64,000 nt of DNA from a virus. Below the pieces are notes generated by a model. That model made no database searches. It had not been told where the DNA came from and was given only the letters and a program-made list of their open reading frames with translations. Shown here one piece after another: positions 30,401-39,998 of this stretch (position 1 is the first letter of the stretch; each line of letters opens with the position of its first letter). A program made the position numbers and the translations under genes. The DNA is taken from IMG/VR virus record IMGVR_UViG_3300035180_002250, positions 32,001-96,000 of that record, one strand, 5' to 3'.

Positions 30401-30453
30401 ATTGGATCAGTTAAAATAGGTCTTGCATTAGTTGTATTATTATCAGTAGGCAT
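24430..30453 (-). CDS. Phage multisubunit RNA polymerase: beta subunit fused to the N-terminal/catalytic part of beta', intein-containing
   Basis: Beta motifs FIIDGNE..IVSQL, TPES, NHEDG, GDKLAGSWGNKG; beta' motifs GHIQLAEPV, PPALRP, VNRAPTL, NADYDGD. Confidence 0.93.
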   Translation of the reverse strand: MPTDNNTTNARPILTDPISLKNSIYTKIIEGISGKFPIVSNKYTAVLKDISIKKTELTQNDQKRVILSKGTVYDKVYADIDIIDNKTKQIVGQLKHHRIAGIPLFTNRYTFIIDGNEYFIVSQLRTKPGCYTRIRGNNTIESSFNLSVGANFKILLDPAKGIFSVDILHSTLPLYALLHVLGAPDSVIEAKMGKDLFMVNKNVSANMMNKTIDILYSKLVEYKNERKDSIDVNVDVDSDSSSVESPDTIISKTLSKEEKIKKIQDYFANHTAIDPKTTSITLGNAYSHIDYNILLDATKKIIGVYNQKTAPDERDNLEFQKIYTVEDIMKEVLDKNNSEITKIKYKLDSFNPEEASKNPNGATAELKNIFNPGYFTKPIKNFITTSDISRLPTQINPMEMLDQAMIVTRLGEGAITNERAIPMDSRSIHNSYMGVIDPIATPESNKTGIDNRFALFAFKDSTNEPSRILHNMKTNKDEVKSVIDTYHNTVGFPQSYYTDIEKYLSGSDQKFGETIVPAIKEGKLIKIKLKDLDYIVPSPEHLHTLTTNNIPFLSNSQGNRLLMGDKHFQQALPLVNPDTRYVKAALPLASNKNSDSSGVTTLSKIIGSMVTVHAPVSGTISKIDENFIYITSDKNKKDIQKVEYIKNYPLATKTMLHNYIKVKQGDHVNEGDIVATSNFTDDKGELALGKNLHIAYMPYHGQNHEDGVVLSQSAANKLTSEYVVKKSVTLDKTLLLDKHKFISEFPTAYSKEQLNKLSDTGVIKVGSVVTHGDPYVLLLKNNESSIKNKVLSSIHKSLVHKYTDVSETYHDDHPATVIEVLHHGNVITILFQSERPATIGDKLAGSWGNKGVITKIIPDEDMVHTKEGEKIDALFTPVGVIGRINPAQILDSALGKVAKKTGKTYELKNFSVSSGVDFVKQEMAKHGVSPYETIVDPITGKEVKGIFTGVQHIHKLAKTTDSNYAARNIDGAYDTDEAPAGSGETGPKGMGGMEVNALIGHNMRNTMLENNLVKSSKNIEYWRAFQNGMNPEIPKEKKVFTKFVDILKQAGINVTKDSNVLKLGPLTDNDTLHLSSGEIVNGKQIGPKYEPENGGLYDKRILGGVKGTKWGHIQLAEPVINPVFENAIRVLLGGTKQNVVDTYVKEGGEALKNKLNSIDIDKEIEATKSQINNVKLSGTALDTQVKKLKYLSALKENGLKAGDAYMKQYISVTPPALRPFIISDTGEKIVSDSNLLYRDLINQNDVLKKYKQEGLDYGLDQMRHNLYKRVSELAGTMDPENPMLRNRGVKGALSYISGNIPKEGFFQHKIIYSKMNLTGRATIAPDNTLGLDQIGMPLDMAWTLYTPFILKQLTSMGKTILEAKKEVEARSPMAKKILDQELKERPVLVNRAPTLWRHSIFAAYPVLRDGKTLKVNTLWETSSNADYDGDSLINSVYYRKKINNNNINNFLLNFNNENSKIQYMHGLINLEDFPRIEESREISGNKEKYAVPEGVEVLTVNNGEIKWLPVKEFSIHKNLKMVECLTNTKRTVLCSMDHSLVTVDDDLNYVKAVPAVGLVVPKVKLEVPGGRINSIKFTNTDYDKYQSITEIPLSYDFGWLTGAFCGDGWSTGANNDNDTSTLQLCITERDVQFRNNIIRIMNSLFEGNNDFFKKSIGQDAGNKHLPEFWLESPVEYRKGMLAGLIDSNGTVSMSDVKAKSKNKTQCCVQYFTISKRLAFEIVSLCNSLGMSATAKFSKVTDEGGTSWSVVFSTETVAKIQSEIVLYHSQKVEKLSRAVIDDNNLKQDRYVPKLSKTRMQEITDNLTIKHLTMCGIEITGDTQKQLKSIQVVVAKTMKTDGVLPLETAKNIVTLIKAGVFQSDIKFWEKWAYMVMDASIEWDVITNIRPIPEITTAYDLTIPPAYTMVTESGLVVWDTETVHVPVTKGAVEDAKNIVPSKQVFSDKKIGSILQFPKGEAVVGLYMGTKNVGSTAGTNKDVKHYTNDIDAWKDYYAGKLKLTDFVQIGS
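24706..26163 (-). mobile_element. Intein (486 aa) with LAGLIDADG endonuclease inserted directly after NADYDGD
   Basis: Starts SLINS, block-B-like SMDHSL, LAGLIDSNG, block F AYDLTI, ends GLVVWD/T; removing it restores NADYDGD-TETVHVP. Confidence 0.85.
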
Positions 30454-30470
30454 ATGTTTTCCTGAATAAA

Positions 30471-31253
30471 TTAGATATAATTCACCATTTTCATCATCTG
30501 GACTTGGGTATAAACTACAGAATAGAAATCGTATAAATGTTCAGCTATGTTTTCAATCTTTTCACTAAGTGACACATTGTTTGTATCTTTTGTAGTACCT
30601 TCAAAATTACTCAAATTATTAGTAATAAAATAGTGTACAAAGTGATAATTCATTATAGCTGTCGTTATGTCAGACCACTTAGATAAGTCCCATACCTTTT
30701 CGTATTTAATATAAATTAACTTGCACAAGTGCTGTATTTGATCATCATCAAATGCGTTGATTAATTTATTATAATACTGAATAAACTCAACAGGATGCTC
30801 TTGTTCTTGTGTAGGTTTCAAAGAAGTTTGAGTAATTGCATTACTACTACTTAATATATCTTTTGTGTTGTCTTTCCACAATACTCCATAAATAGGGATT
30901 GAGTTATTACCAAACTCTAAGGTGCTCACTTTATTTAAATAATTCTTACCAGGAACATTGTTTGTATACCTAAAAAGGCATTTAGCATCTTTTTGTATAT
31001 TACTATTGAATCCATTCATATTATTAAAATAGTTAGCTATATCCGTACTCCCATAAATAATGTCAGTAGAGTACGAAGCGGCTATATTAATTACTTGTGA
31101 ATTATCAAATAGATAATTTTCACAACTATTCAACATATTTGAATAGATGAAACTATGTAAAATACCCTTTGGCACTTCCAAATCCTGGGATGGTTCATCA
31201 GGGGGCATTCTATCTGTATCAAATTCCATTTCTATGTAGGGTACAGGAGTCAT
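30471..31253 (-). CDS. Hypothetical protein
   Basis: 260-aa ORF in the operon upstream of the RNAP gene. Confidence 0.65.
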   Translation of the reverse strand: MTPVPYIEMEFDTDRMPPDEPSQDLEVPKGILHSFIYSNMLNSCENYLFDNSQVINIAASYSTDIIYGSTDIANYFNNMNGFNSNIQKDAKCLFRYTNNVPGKNYLNKVSTLEFGNNSIPIYGVLWKDNTKDILSSSNAITQTSLKPTQEQEHPVEFIQYYNKLINAFDDDQIQHLCKLIYIKYEKVWDLSKWSDITTAIMNYHFVHYFITNNLSNFEGTTKDTNNVSLSEKIENIAEHLYDFYSVVYTQVQMMKMVNYI

Positions 31254-31645
31254 TTTGCGTGGACCTCACCGTATTTAATTGCGACCAAGTAACTACCATC
31301 TTTGGTAAATGTTGTCTCTTCTTTAAAAATGGATACATCACCAAGCTTGGATAACTCATTCATAGATGTCAAACTTCGTGACATTACATCTTCAATAAAC
31401 AGTCTTTGCTCAGGGTCATCTATATTACCAACATAATAATGAATTCTTATTTCAAGAATTACTTTGTTACCTGTATCTGTACTACTTGAATCTGCAGTAC
31501 TTAATATATTACTTGTTTCCGGAGCACTCTGTGTAATAAGTTGGTTGCTTGTAACCCGATCCAACTCAGAAAACTTACCCAAAGATACCGATAAATCTTT
31601 ATTAGAGAGGGTGTTTACTGTATCAACAAATTCTTTATAGCTCAT
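31250..31645 (-). CDS. Hypothetical protein
   Basis: 131-aa ORF with ATGA coupling to the next ORF. Confidence 0.65.
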   Translation of the reverse strand: MSYKEFVDTVNTLSNKDLSVSLGKFSELDRVTSNQLITQSAPETSNILSTADSSSTDTGNKVILEIRIHYYVGNIDDPEQRLFIEDVMSRSLTSMNELSKLGDVSIFKEETTFTKDGSYLVAIKYGEVHAK

Positions 31646-31683
31646 AAAATCAACCCTTTTTGTTTAGTTCTTTGTTTAAACTA

Positions 31684-33267
<1,584 letters not shown>

Positions 33268-33317
33268 GTATACGTTTCTTTCTTAAACAATGTTACACTA
33301 TGTTACACAATTTTAGA

Positions 33318-35024
33318 CTAAGTTGGACCGGTAGAAGATTGTTTCATGGTTTCAATCTGCGCTCTAACTAACGACCACATGACATAATCTTCGTTTTGCA
33401 ATTTAGCCATGTAACTCTGCCGTTGCTCCAGTGGCATCGATATGAACTGCATGGCAAGCTGCTGGGCTTTGGCAATAAGCTTCTGCTGGTTATATTGAGG
33501 AATTACATCTGAATCATTGGAAGCTTCTTCTGACATTGCCTGTTCAGACATATCAAGTTCCATTTTGTTGATTTTATTAGCAATAACCTTTTCATCCATT
33601 TTAGAGTCAACTGTTTCTTTAATAATCTTCTCACGCTCGGCAATCGGGTTGATACCAAGTGATTCCTGGATGGTCGATTTTGCTACCGCACCAGAGGTAG
33701 ACAACTGCGTCATAAAATTCAGTTTAGCGATATCATCGGCAAACTTGATATTCGTAAATGAAACATTACAAAGCTTACCATTGTATTTATTATTTACTGA
33801 ATTAACTACCCAATTAACATAATTGGTTATTTGCGACATGTATGGTGTTAATTGATTTTCCAGCATTCGTAGAGCTACCTGAGAATTATTAATGTTAGTT
33901 GTACCCATTATAAATTCTGGAGGTATATCCAATGACCTCAACATATCTTCCTCAGCCTGTTTAATTTCTGCTGTAGGCATCAATGCTCTACCCTGGCTAC
34001 CAATGTTAACCACCCCTGTTGGATATGGTGCCAACATCACATAATTTGGGTCACGTCTCCAAAGCTTAATAGCATTACTAATCTGCTCCTTCCACTTTGC
34101 CATGGAGGAACCTATCGTGGGGTCTTGTGTCCTGGCCTCTGGGTACAAGATTCTTTGGGGGACAATATGTTCCATACCTATAGCTTCAGTGCTTTTGCGA
34201 AGTACTGCAATATACAGATATAGTTTTAACGTCGCTACAAGGCTTGAAACACCCCAAGGACTATTAAACCCTGATAGACTTGGTGTTCTAAGGTGAAAAA
34301 TATTGCTACCGAATTCCACTTTCTTATTTTCACGTACTGCATCAATAAAAATAGATGGAATCGTATTTAAAATAGTTGGATCGCCTATAAAAATACCATT
34401 ACGAATATCCCGTGGAATAGTATAAAAATATCTTTTCTCACCTGTAATTTTATTCTCAACTACATCTATGTCATAAACATTCCAAGTTGTAATTTTTATT
34501 CTCGATAAATCAGAATTTGTAATATCTTCAATATCTGCTGGTGTTTCTGCTTTGCATACAGGGCATTTCAAAATAAATTTAACTTTCTTCATCCTATATG
34601 ATGCATTTCGAATATTAATTTTATTTTTGCATTTACTGCATATAAGAAATCTGTCAAAAGGAAAATATATGCTTTTAAAACTATTCCCATAAATATAATA
34701 GTCCAACCCAGTAGATATTAAATGCGTTTTTATATCGAGTGTACTTTCAAGAAAATTCTTGGTATGCGTTTTAACAGTGTCCAACTGCGTATCATAAATT
34801 AAATCAGTAATGGGGTAATTAACAAGTTTACGAATACCATTAACAATCAGTGGTGTGTTGTAGTAAACCAGTTCACACCACTTGAACATGTCTTTTATAT
34901 TTCTTGGTAACTGTTCTGATAGATAATCAAAAAACTGATTATTATATAATTGGTAACTTCGAAACATAGAGTTCGAAAGACCTAAAAGGCTTATTTCATT
35001 AATTGAACTTGTATCTATAGGCAT
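33318..35024 (-). CDS. Putative portal protein
   Basis: 568 aa; IFHLR...SPWGVS, LDIPPEFI portal-like motifs; CxxC...CxxC insert. Confidence 0.65.
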   Translation of the reverse strand: MPIDTSSINEISLLGLSNSMFRSYQLYNNQFFDYLSEQLPRNIKDMFKWCELVYYNTPLIVNGIRKLVNYPITDLIYDTQLDTVKTHTKNFLESTLDIKTHLISTGLDYYIYGNSFKSIYFPFDRFLICSKCKNKINIRNASYRMKKVKFILKCPVCKAETPADIEDITNSDLSRIKITTWNVYDIDVVENKITGEKRYFYTIPRDIRNGIFIGDPTILNTIPSIFIDAVRENKKVEFGSNIFHLRTPSLSGFNSPWGVSSLVATLKLYLYIAVLRKSTEAIGMEHIVPQRILYPEARTQDPTIGSSMAKWKEQISNAIKLWRRDPNYVMLAPYPTGVVNIGSQGRALMPTAEIKQAEEDMLRSLDIPPEFIMGTTNINNSQVALRMLENQLTPYMSQITNYVNWVVNSVNNKYNGKLCNVSFTNIKFADDIAKLNFMTQLSTSGAVAKSTIQESLGINPIAEREKIIKETVDSKMDEKVIANKINKMELDMSEQAMSEEASNDSDVIPQYNQQKLIAKAQQLAMQFISMPLEQRQSYMAKLQNEDYVMWSLVRAQIETMKQSSTGPT

Positions 35025-35130
35025 GTGATTTTCCTATTCAGACTTCCTAAGTAAATTCTTTAAATCATGTATGATTCAACATAAAGTATATTAAATAATG
35101 CTCTTCTTATTAAAATAATTAAGAACAATT

Positions 35131-35139
35131 TGTTATAAG
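35131..35139 (+). promoter_or_regulatory. TGTTATAAG promoter-like motif
   Basis: At the strand switch, ahead of tRNA-Leu and the replication module. Confidence 0.65.
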
Positions 35140-35309
35140 TTAATGAGTGAAATTATATGCGCGAAGGGGGGTGATAACGCATATGTATGAACTCAATGGC
35201 TTCTGGCCAGTGCCTATTCCGTGGAAGTGACACTGGCTAATAAAAGGAGTGGGCAAAGAAATAAATAAGTATTAACTATTTATTCTTTGCCCACATATTT
35301 TAGTAGAGA

Positions 35310-35396
35310 GCCTGGGTGATGGAATTGGTAGACATAGAAGACTTAAAATCTTCTGGCCGCAAGACCGTGTGGGTTCAAATCCCACCCCAGGCACCA
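35310..35396 (+). tRNA. tRNA-Leu(TAA)
   Basis: GCCTGGG/CCCAGGC acceptor stem, GAAGA-CT-TAA-AA-TCTTC anticodon arm, long variable arm, GTTCAAATC, encoded CCA. Confidence 0.95.
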
Positions 35397-35436
35397 AAAA
35401 TAACTGGTAGTAAAAAAAATAATAGGAGGAGGAAGA

Positions 35437-35718
35437 ATGTCTGGTGACACATTTTCTTTTTTAACTGATTCGTTAACATCATCGAACCCTCCGGAGTTCA
35501 TGTCTGAACTCAAAGAAACACCTAGAAACTATAAAGATATTTTCCAGGATTGGTGGGTGAAAAAGGCTTCTAATTGCCCAGCGTGTTCAAAGGCTAAAAT
35601 TTGTAATATTTCAAATGAATATTGCCGGGCAGATAAATGTTTTTTTCTATTTGTACTTGGTGTGCACTGGAACAGTGACACTAACGAGATTGATTCCGTT
35701 GAAACAACGTATATTTAA
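35437..35718 (+). CDS. Small Cys-rich protein, WWxKxASxCPAC family
   Basis: SD AGGAGG; paralogue of 13355 and 9113. Confidence 0.75.
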   Translation: MSGDTFSFLTDSLTSSNPPEFMSELKETPRNYKDIFQDWWVKKASNCPACSKAKICNISNEYCRADKCFFLFVLGVHWNSDTNEIDSVETTYI

Positions 35719-35755
35719 TTTAATTTTTTGATCAATTCAGTATTCAAATTAAGGA

Positions 35756-35977
35756 GTGGTAAAAGAAATGGTACAGCGTAGTAAAGAGTCTGGGGCATAT
35801 TACCTGGTTAAAGTGATTACCGCGGGAGATAAGAATTACGTTGACTTGTTAGGACCATACAACAGTGATAAAACTGTTGAAAATGTTAAAGCCGATTTAA
35901 AAAAAGAATACCCAGATGAAAATGATATTTATTTGACGATGTTCATACGAAGCCCTGAGGACGTTCTCGTGTTTTAG
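35756..35977 (+). CDS. Hypothetical protein
   Basis: SD AAGGAG nearby; about 70 aa. Confidence 0.55.
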   Translation: MVKEMVQRSKESGAYYLVKVITAGDKNYVDLLGPYNSDKTVENVKADLKKEYPDENDIYLTMFIRSPEDVLVF

Positions 35978-36072
35978 AAATACACAATCACAAAAATTAC
36001 AATGTATTGAAAATTTGTTTAAACTTGCTTGGTTTATGAATACAAGAATAAACCAGGCAAGTTTTTTTTATT

Positions 36073-38010
36073 TTGTTTTTTATGAAAGGTGCCACCATGG
36101 AAGGAGATACTAACAAAACACCACCTGCAGTTTTACAGTATAACAAAACGGCTGATATGTTTTTTCTGGAAACAGACCTTCGTGATCTTACACCATCACG
36201 TATGTTCAACAGCAGCATTATTAAGAAAGATTTTGGAGCTAACAAACTGGTTTGGGGATTTCCTGGGTGGTTCCCTGATGGGAAGATCGTGTTGACAGAT
36301 TTTAAGTCGGTCTATCCTGAAGGAAAAGTTACCAAGAATGTTTTAGATAAATCAAAGGTACTTTTAGATTCAGAGGCTGACTTGTTTGAAACTGTTTACA
36401 GTACATATAAATTTAAACAATCTCCCTATGCACATCAAATAACAGCATTAAATGTAATGCTGAGAAGCAGATATACAGCTTTATTACTAAAGATGGGTAT
36501 GGGTAAAACATATATCAGCGCTACGTATATGGATATTAGGAGTAAGTTTCACAACGCGCATAAATCAATTGTGTTAGCCCCAAAAATAATGTTGTCAAAT
36601 TGGAAAAATGAAATTCTTAAAAATACCGATTTAACTTGTCTTATTTACACTGGTACACCTACTCAAAAAAGAAAATTAAAAGATCAGGTAGATGAATATA
36701 ATGTAGTTATTACGAATTATGAAGCTCTATCAACAAACAGTGAAGATCTTCAATTTTTTAAGAATAAAAAATGGGACCATATATTTGTTGATGAAGCCTC
36801 CAAGATCAAAACGGATAAACGTAAACGCAGTGAATCCGTGTTAGCATTATCGACAGATATCCAATATCGTTTTATTCTTTCAGGGACATTGAGTCTTGGT
36901 AATCCTCTGGATATTTTTACACCGTTTTTATTCCTGAGTTCTGCAATACTTGGTAGTAATTTTTACAGATTCAAAAACAAAGTATGCAAGTTTTCTCCGT
37001 ACAATCGTCACATTATCATCGGATATAAAAATCTGGACACTATTAAAAACAGAATTGACCCGTTTTCAGTAATAATGAATACGGAAGATTACCTATCTCT
37101 TCCTGAAAGAACTTTCGGAATACATAGTTATACATTATCAAACGAACAAAAAGACCTGTGCGCAGAGATTATTACAGAAGACAGTGTCACCCTGCAAGTG
37201 GAAGATAATAACTACACAATACCAACCAATACAGCACTGATAAAAATCAACAAACTGCTACAGGTGTTATCCGGATTCTTTATTATAAATGATAAAGATC
37301 AGTGTGACCTGACTGAAGCTTGCGATGGTTGCCCTGGTGGACTGCAGCAAATCAACAAATGTAGGTCTCTGAAAGTATATCCGTGGTCGGTAGAATGCCG
37401 ACTTCCGGAAGAATCCAAGATAGCACGGCCTGAACGGATTTACTATAATTTAAAAAATAATCCAAAACTTGAATTACTTAGAGAAGACATTTTATCACTA
37501 TCTTCTCCTGCGTGTGTTTGGTGTATGTACAAGGAAGATCTGAGGCAGATTAAAACCTTATTAACCGATATTGGAGTAAGTTTTGTAACGTCCGACACCC
37601 CGGAGGCTGATCAACTATTCCAGAAAGGAGATATACAAATATTTCTTGGGCAAATATCGACCGGGATCGGTATTACTCTGACTAAAGCAACCACCACAAT
37701 ATATTATTCTCATAGTTTGAAGTTAGAAGATCGGTTACAGTCAATGGAGCGTAACTATAGAATCGGACAAAAGGATAAAGTAGTTGTTTTAGATTATGTC
37801 GGAGAGAGCACGATTGAGGAAGCAATCATTGAACTTCTGAGTAAGAAACAGGATGTACGTGATTTCATCCATCAAAACTTGCGTGATCTATGCAACAAGT
37901 GTGAAAAACATTTATGGTGTATGGATCGAGATATACAACCTTACACGAAGAAATGTATCCATAGAAATTTCTTGGAGGGTATTTGCGCAGTAAAACATAT
38001 CAAGATTTGA
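36073..38010 (+). CDS. SNF2-family helicase
   Basis: PYAHQ, MGMGKT, VDEAS, LSGT, GIGITLT, QSMERNYRIGQ; true start probably 36097. Confidence 0.9.
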   Translation: MFFMKGATMEGDTNKTPPAVLQYNKTADMFFLETDLRDLTPSRMFNSSIIKKDFGANKLVWGFPGWFPDGKIVLTDFKSVYPEGKVTKNVLDKSKVLLDSEADLFETVYSTYKFKQSPYAHQITALNVMLRSRYTALLLKMGMGKTYISATYMDIRSKFHNAHKSIVLAPKIMLSNWKNEILKNTDLTCLIYTGTPTQKRKLKDQVDEYNVVITNYEALSTNSEDLQFFKNKKWDHIFVDEASKIKTDKRKRSESVLALSTDIQYRFILSGTLSLGNPLDIFTPFLFLSSAILGSNFYRFKNKVCKFSPYNRHIIIGYKNLDTIKNRIDPFSVIMNTEDYLSLPERTFGIHSYTLSNEQKDLCAEIITEDSVTLQVEDNNYTIPTNTALIKINKLLQVLSGFFIINDKDQCDLTEACDGCPGGLQQINKCRSLKVYPWSVECRLPEESKIARPERIYYNLKNNPKLELLREDILSLSSPACVWCMYKEDLRQIKTLLTDIGVSFVTSDTPEADQLFQKGDIQIFLGQISTGIGITLTKATTTIYYSHSLKLEDRLQSMERNYRIGQKDKVVVLDYVGESTIEEAIIELLSKKQDVRDFIHQNLRDLCNKCEKHLWCMDRDIQPYTKKCIHRNFLEGICAVKHIKI

Positions 38011-38044
38011 CAACTATTTAAAAACATGCGAAAGGGAATAAACC

Positions 38045-38920
38045 ATGAAAAGTGAAAATACGTTAAACGAAACGTCAACATCCACCACGTCTACATCCAC
38101 ATCAACATACTTGGGTAAGTTTAAACTCTTATTCAAAACCATTACTGAAAGTGCTACGGCATTATCAGAAACGAATAGAAAGTTCTTTTATTACTATAAT
38201 ATTATTATGTTTTGTGCAATTGTTATCCTTGGCAGTATAGCAATAGCAAAGTATTTAGACTATAATACAGTCCCCAAAATAATAACAGGAGACTTAAGAA
38301 CTTCAAACATGGTAAATAAATCTACGTCTATTGATCCCACGGGAAATGTAGATAATATGATTTCAACTGCTAAATCAACATCTACGTCTACATCATCTAC
38401 ACCAATATTTACTGATGTACCTAAAAAAGATAACTTATTTTACTATGATAAGGGTACATTGATCAGTTTTATGGAAGTACAGAACTATAAGTTATTTTCA
38501 GAATTGTCCTCAATAATTATTGATGGAATTTATATGGCTGCTAAGGATTATAATATTCCACCTATTATTTTATTCTCCCTGGCTGCTGTTGAAAGCAATT
38601 TCGATTACTCCGCAGTGTCAAAAACAGGCTCTATAGGTCTGTTTCAAATATCAAAAGTCTGGATGGACCCAACATGGGAAAACTCCTTGGTGTCAAAAAA
38701 TATTGTAAAGCACAAACGGGAGTTATACTCACCTATTAAAAATATTAGGTGTGGAGCTTATATTATCAAGCACTACATGGATATAGCGAAATCCAAGAAA
38801 ATTGAAAATACTTATCAATATGCATTGACCAAATATTTAGGGGGTGAAACAAACTCCCACTACCAAAAAGTAATCAGCTTGATTGGTGAATATTATATTT
38901 ATTCAATCTTGAAAGGATGA
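38045..38920 (+). CDS. Membrane-anchored lytic transglycosylase (SLT domain)
   Basis: TM helix; AVESNF...AVS..GSIGLFQI...NIRCGAY...ALTKYLGG. Confidence 0.85.
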   Translation: MKSENTLNETSTSTTSTSTSTYLGKFKLLFKTITESATALSETNRKFFYYYNIIMFCAIVILGSIAIAKYLDYNTVPKIITGDLRTSNMVNKSTSIDPTGNVDNMISTAKSTSTSTSSTPIFTDVPKKDNLFYYDKGTLISFMEVQNYKLFSELSSIIIDGIYMAAKDYNIPPIILFSLAAVESNFDYSAVSKTGSIGLFQISKVWMDPTWENSLVSKNIVKHKRELYSPIKNIRCGAYIIKHYMDIAKSKKIENTYQYALTKYLGGETNSHYQKVISLIGEYYIYSILKG

Positions 38921-38932
38921 AGGATAATACGG

Positions 38933-39907
38933 ATGAATACTCTTATAGAAGAATACAAACTTCCGTCGAAACATATTAGTGCTTCACAGATCACACTATA
39001 TTATTCGTGCGGGCTGAAGTACTATAAGCGATATGTTGAAGGCGTTATTAAACACTCATCTTCGTATAGAGACATGATGAAAGGAACTGCAGTGCATAAA
39101 ACACTGCAGCAACTGTATGATGATAAAATATTACGGATGTCAGATGACTTTAAAGAATTAAGAAACGAATCTGTAGATTGTTTGACACCTACACAAGTAG
39201 GAGAACTGGCAATTGAAAAGTATTCGGAATTACATGAACAAGAAGAAAATAGCCCCATATCGGATACAGATAAACATGATTTTGTTACTGGTGTAAAACC
39301 TGTAGTTGAAACATATGCAAAATATGTTTATCCCTACGTTACACCGGTATCAACAGAGTTTGAAGTTACATTTAATTATGTAGTAAACCAGGAAACCGGA
39401 TTGTCTGTGCCAATATTGATGATTATCGACTTGTTTCGTAAAAGAAGTGTAAATCCTGGTGACAATGTAATATGTGATTATAAAGTAACTACAAGGAAAT
39501 GGGATGTAAATAAACTTAAAAATAATGTGCAATTCATGCTGTACAGCAACATGTTGAGTATACCAAGTGTAGAAATACACGACTTGGTTAAACATACACC
39601 ATCCTCAAATACGACGACTTCTACTATAACAAGAAAAAGAACTAAAAAGGAAATAGAAGGTTGTACAGATTATAGCTTAGCTACTAAGTTCGATGAAACC
39701 TCGGATACACTGAGTTTCAATGATGTCACCATCATCAGAAACGAATTTGAAACTGGTAATGAAGCTCCAGCAACTAAGTATCTTGATAGAATTATTAAAG
39801 GATTCGTTTTGGGAGTTTCTAAAGGAGTATTTTTACCAGCACAACCGGATTCCTGGGTGTGCTCTGAAAAATGGTGTGAATACTATACAGAGTGTAGGAA
39901 AAATTAG
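38933..39907 (+). CDS. PD-(D/E)XK nuclease (RecB/Cas4-like)
   Basis: ISASQI..Y.SC, GTAVH, IIDL, CDYK, Q...Y, C-terminal C...WCEY...C. Confidence 0.8.
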   Translation: MNTLIEEYKLPSKHISASQITLYYSCGLKYYKRYVEGVIKHSSSYRDMMKGTAVHKTLQQLYDDKILRMSDDFKELRNESVDCLTPTQVGELAIEKYSELHEQEENSPISDTDKHDFVTGVKPVVETYAKYVYPYVTPVSTEFEVTFNYVVNQETGLSVPILMIIDLFRKRSVNPGDNVICDYKVTTRKWDVNKLKNNVQFMLYSNMLSIPSVEIHDLVKHTPSSNTTTSTITRKRTKKEIEGCTDYSLATKFDETSDTLSFNDVTIIRNEFETGNEAPATKYLDRIIKGFVLGVSKGVFLPAQPDSWVCSEKWCEYYTECRKN

Positions 39908-39942
39908 GTTAGATTTTGAATGTTGCATACAATTCGCCATGT

Positions 39943-39972
39943 GCCCTGTATACTTAGGTAGTATACAGGGCT
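39943..39972. terminator. Hairpin between convergent genes
   Basis: GCCCTGTATACT...AGTATACAGGGC. Confidence 0.55.
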
Positions 39973-39998
39973 TGAACAAGCTTTTGTACTAAGGTATC

